DNA from: Octopus sinensis
Lineage: Eukaryota
NCBI RefSeq assembly: GCF_006345805.1
Contig: NC_043000.1
Coordinates: 1,054,001 to 1,118,000, forward strand
Direction of reading: 5' to 3'
DNA length: 64,000 nt
Shown one piece after another: positions 61,121 to 64,000 of the stretch. Numbering within the stretch: the stretch's first letter is position 1; every line of letters begins with the position of its first letter. The translations under genes and the position numbers were made by a program. Below the pieces are notes generated by a model, which saw only the letters and a list, made by a program, of their open reading frames with translations, was not told the origin of the DNA and ran no database searches.

Positions 61121-62195
61121 ACATATATGTATGTATATATGCATATATTTATATATTATTTATATTATTATAAGATCGAACACCACGCACCCTTTTCCAA
61201 GTAAGTTTTATCTTAATAATTATGATGCGCACTCTTAACTTTTACTATTTCTCCTCTATCTCTCTCCCTCTCTTGTTCTTTCTGGTTTTCTCTCCCACCC
61301 CTCCCTATTTTTCTCCTCTCCCCTTCATCGTTCCCTCTCTCTTACTCCTCCTCCTCCTCCTCCTCCTCGGTTCTCTCGTAACTGACTCGTGACCAGAAGG
61401 AAGCCATCTTTCCAACAGCCATCTTCATCGAGACAAGACGGCTTATCCTGTCCCTCTCATAAGCTGTCTCCTTAATGCGTTCAAATAATTTTTCCATCGT
61501 CTTGACGTAACAACCCTCATCGTTTGTTTTTACTGTGTTATTCTCTTTGTCCTGTCTTTTACTGTTTTTACTTGTATTGTTTTTACTGTCTTGTTTTATT
61601 TTTACTGTCCTATTCTTGTTACCACTTTTACCCCTCCGCAAAAATCCAAAATTTTATTTAATTTGCTTTGCGGGAAGGACTGTTTCAACGAAGTCGCATC
61701 TTGTCCTTACCTTCGAAACGCGAAGTAGCCGAAACAGGGACAACTGAAGAAGGGGAATACTCCTTGTGCTGTATGTGTTTTTGCTGTTTGAAAAAAGTTC
61801 GTTTCTATGGTTTTGTTTTTGTTTTCGTTTCCCATTGTGTTCAACATTTTTTTGATGTCCTGTACCCATATATGCATGTATATATACATATAGATGTAGG
61901 TATGTACATATATGTATGTATATATTATATTTATTTATATTATACACACACAACACACACACATATATATATATTATATTATATATATATATATTATATA
62001 TATATATCGTTTTGGGATTTGGTTTGCAAGATTCTTTATATGAGTTCGTGTGTTGAAGCATATTCTGTTGTGTCTGGGGAGAGGCATTTTCTTTTTGTGC
62101 TTTATAACGTAACACACTCACCGGTAAAATTTACACTTATTTCTTATTTTTATTTTCCTAAAAGTTTCGTTGCGTCTTGCAACCTTTTCAATAGT

Positions 62196-62810
62196 CTTGC
62201 AATCCAGGAACAGGAAATATTAACCAAGTACCTGATGCACAAAAGGGATAGAGATGCAGGAAAGCAGTAAAATGTGACAACAGATGCAGACTTTGCGGAA
62301 TTCACACTGAAGATATCACCCACATCATAAGCAGTTGTCCGAAAATGCCATCACGGTATAATCTACTGATGAGACATAACGTTGTAGCTAGGACATTCTG
62401 TAATGAAATCCGTCGGAAGGATAATCCCTAGGACAAGAAATTAGGAACCCACAATATGGTAGAAGCCATAGCCACTCATAAGAAAGGAATATTGGTTTTA
62501 TGTCCCAGTGAAGACCTCAATAAAATGTAAGCATAACAGACGTGATATAATGATTTAGAATGCTGAAAATCAGTGAAAAAGAGAACACCTATGCTTAACT
62601 ATTGAGAAATTTGCAGTTACTCTATCCAGATTACAAGTTCAGGTTTATACCTGTAACTATTGGGGCCCCTGAAATATGTAACGCACTGCCTAAATTCTTA
62701 TGAAGGAGTTTTAGATCTTGGTTAGAAGCCGGTTCTTTCTCTATTGGCAAGAAATCTTGAAATAAACGGAATAATGAAATACATACACTCATACATATAT
62801 AAATACATAC
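62196..62810 (+). mobile_element. RLE LINE 3' portion, TACA-associated family
   Basis: AIQEQEILTKYL..CRLC..EDITHIISSCPK..RHNVVA..YPDYKFRFIPVTIG, followed by (TACA)n. Confidence 0.85.
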
Positions 62811-62889
62811 ATGCATTCATACATACATTCATAAATGCATGCATACATACATACATACATACATACATACATACATACATACATACATA

Positions 62890-63189
62890 GTGGAGGCACA
62901 TGGCCTAGTGGCTAGAGCAGCAGACTCGCGGTCGAGAGATCGCGCGTTCGAATCTCAGACCGGGCGATGTGTGTGTTTATGAGTGAAACACCTAAGCTCC
63001 ACGCGGCTCCGGCAGAAGGTTATGGCGAACTTCTGCTGACTCTTTCGCCACAACTTTCTCTCACTCTTTCCTCCTGCATCTTGCAGCTCACCTGCGACGG
63101 ACCGGCGTCCCGTCCAGGCGGGGAACCTGCACGGCAAGGAAACCGGGAAACCGGCCCTTATGAGCCAGGCATGGCTCGGGAAAAAATAA
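62890..63189 (+). mobile_element. SINE with group C-like head and a third tail variant, inserted in the (TACA)n tail
   Basis: GTGGAGGCACATGGCCTAGTGG...GAAACCGGCCCTTATGAGCCAGG, with TACA on both sides. Confidence 0.8.
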
Positions 63190-63724
63190 ACATACATACA
63201 TACATACATACATACATACATACATACATACATACATACATACATACATACATACATACTGAACTTGGGATCTTGGGGAGAGAATGCAATTCTTTATTTC
63301 ATATGCTATATATGATCACAGTACTAGGAACAATTAAAATCTGCAAGGCCTTCTTAAGATTTAAAGGATGTTAGTTGAAACAAGGTACTTTCTTTTACAA
63401 CCTTGCTACCACCCAGGTGAAAATTTATTCTCCATATTAAAAGACAAAGAGAACATATGAAGAAGTCCTCAACTTGGATATCGGGATTAGTAAGACACTA
63501 ACACTTGCTAATAAGATCTACAACATCAGTGATACTGAACAGTATCCATGTAAGAAGTGGGGACGGAGATAGAGGTACAAAATCAGACCAGAATACCTTT
63601 GAGTGCAGCGTTGTATCAATTTTCCTAAAGGCATTGGAATGCGGAAGTTCAGTCTTGACATTAGACCCTTGGATCTAACCAGTCTACGAGGCCCTGCAAA
63701 GATATTTTATTTATTTTTTTTTTA

Positions 63725-64000
63725 AATTTTATTTCATCTAGTTTCAGCTCACGAGTTGTGGCCATGCTGGGGCGCCGCCATTTGGTGTTGCAACATGATT
63801 TTACTTCACGAATGCTTTTTAGCATTTGACATTTGGTGCATGAGTTTGATGCAGCTGCCCTCATCTGCACCTCCTGCCGCGAAGTTGGGTCATCTGGGAC
63901 ACCTGACAGGAAGAGGTCCGGCTTTATTCTGAAGACACCTACATCCACCCCATGCAGGTCTCTCGAGTCCTTCGGGAGGATATTGAAGAGATTGTAGAGC
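63725..64000 (-). mobile_element. CR1-group LINE 3' end
   Basis: VDVGVFRIKPDLFLSGVPDDPTSRQEVQMRAAASNS, resembling CR1-group ORF2 C-termini, followed by a 3' UTR. Runs off the window edge. Confidence 0.7.

Noticed and set aside
61342-61641. GIY-YIG-like peptide (CYVKTMEKLFERIKET)
   Set aside because: The resemblance is faint, the paralogous copy at ~60550-60690 has stops, and the composition is low complexity.
61700-61770. Hammerhead at GAAACAGGGACAACTGAAGAAGGGGAATACTCC
   Set aside because: No GAAA follows the putative stem II, and only 9 nt separate the upstream GAAA from CTGA, too few for stems III and I.
63360-63665. RT fragment of an RLE LINE (IGMxFSLD-like)
   Set aside because: Only one weak motif amid many stops; too degraded to call.
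23330-64000. A second chitinase paralogue or other host gene
   Set aside because: No GH18 motifs or chains of phase-compatible exons were found. Very short exons could have been missed.

Overview
AT-rich eukaryotic DNA saturated with microsatellites and transposons. The SINE repertoire suggests a coleoid cephalopod, probably Octopus (inference). The only host gene found is the 5' half of a minus-strand family-18 chitinase: four coding exons at 8344-8401 (signal peptide), 3961-4142, 1269-1431 and 320-413 (intact DxxDxDxE motif). As assembled, it carries a 1-nt frameshift at the start of the 3961-4142 exon. The rest is repeats: four tRNA-derived SINE groups (my labels A-D), non-autonomous Helitrons, mariner, MULE, Merlin and pogo/hAT remnants, RTE, CR1 and restriction-like-endonuclease (RLE) LINE fragments, one decayed Penelope-like element with inverted pseudo-LTRs, and several satellites. 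Most notable: (1) a ~450-bp tandem repeat in which every complete unit carries a type I hammerhead-ribozyme-like fold (retrozyme-like), lying upstream of the chitinase start-codon exon; (2) an RLE LINE family whose copies repeatedly begin and end in (TACA)n; (3) the Penelope-like element with a variant hammerhead and long Asn-rich in-frame inserts; (4) a SINE that forms head-plus-n-body concatemers. There is no CRISPR or prokaryotic system. Nearly all ORFs in the supplied track are microsatellite or SINE read-throughs. Repeat boundaries were read by eye and are approximate unless a TSD or terminal motif is quoted.
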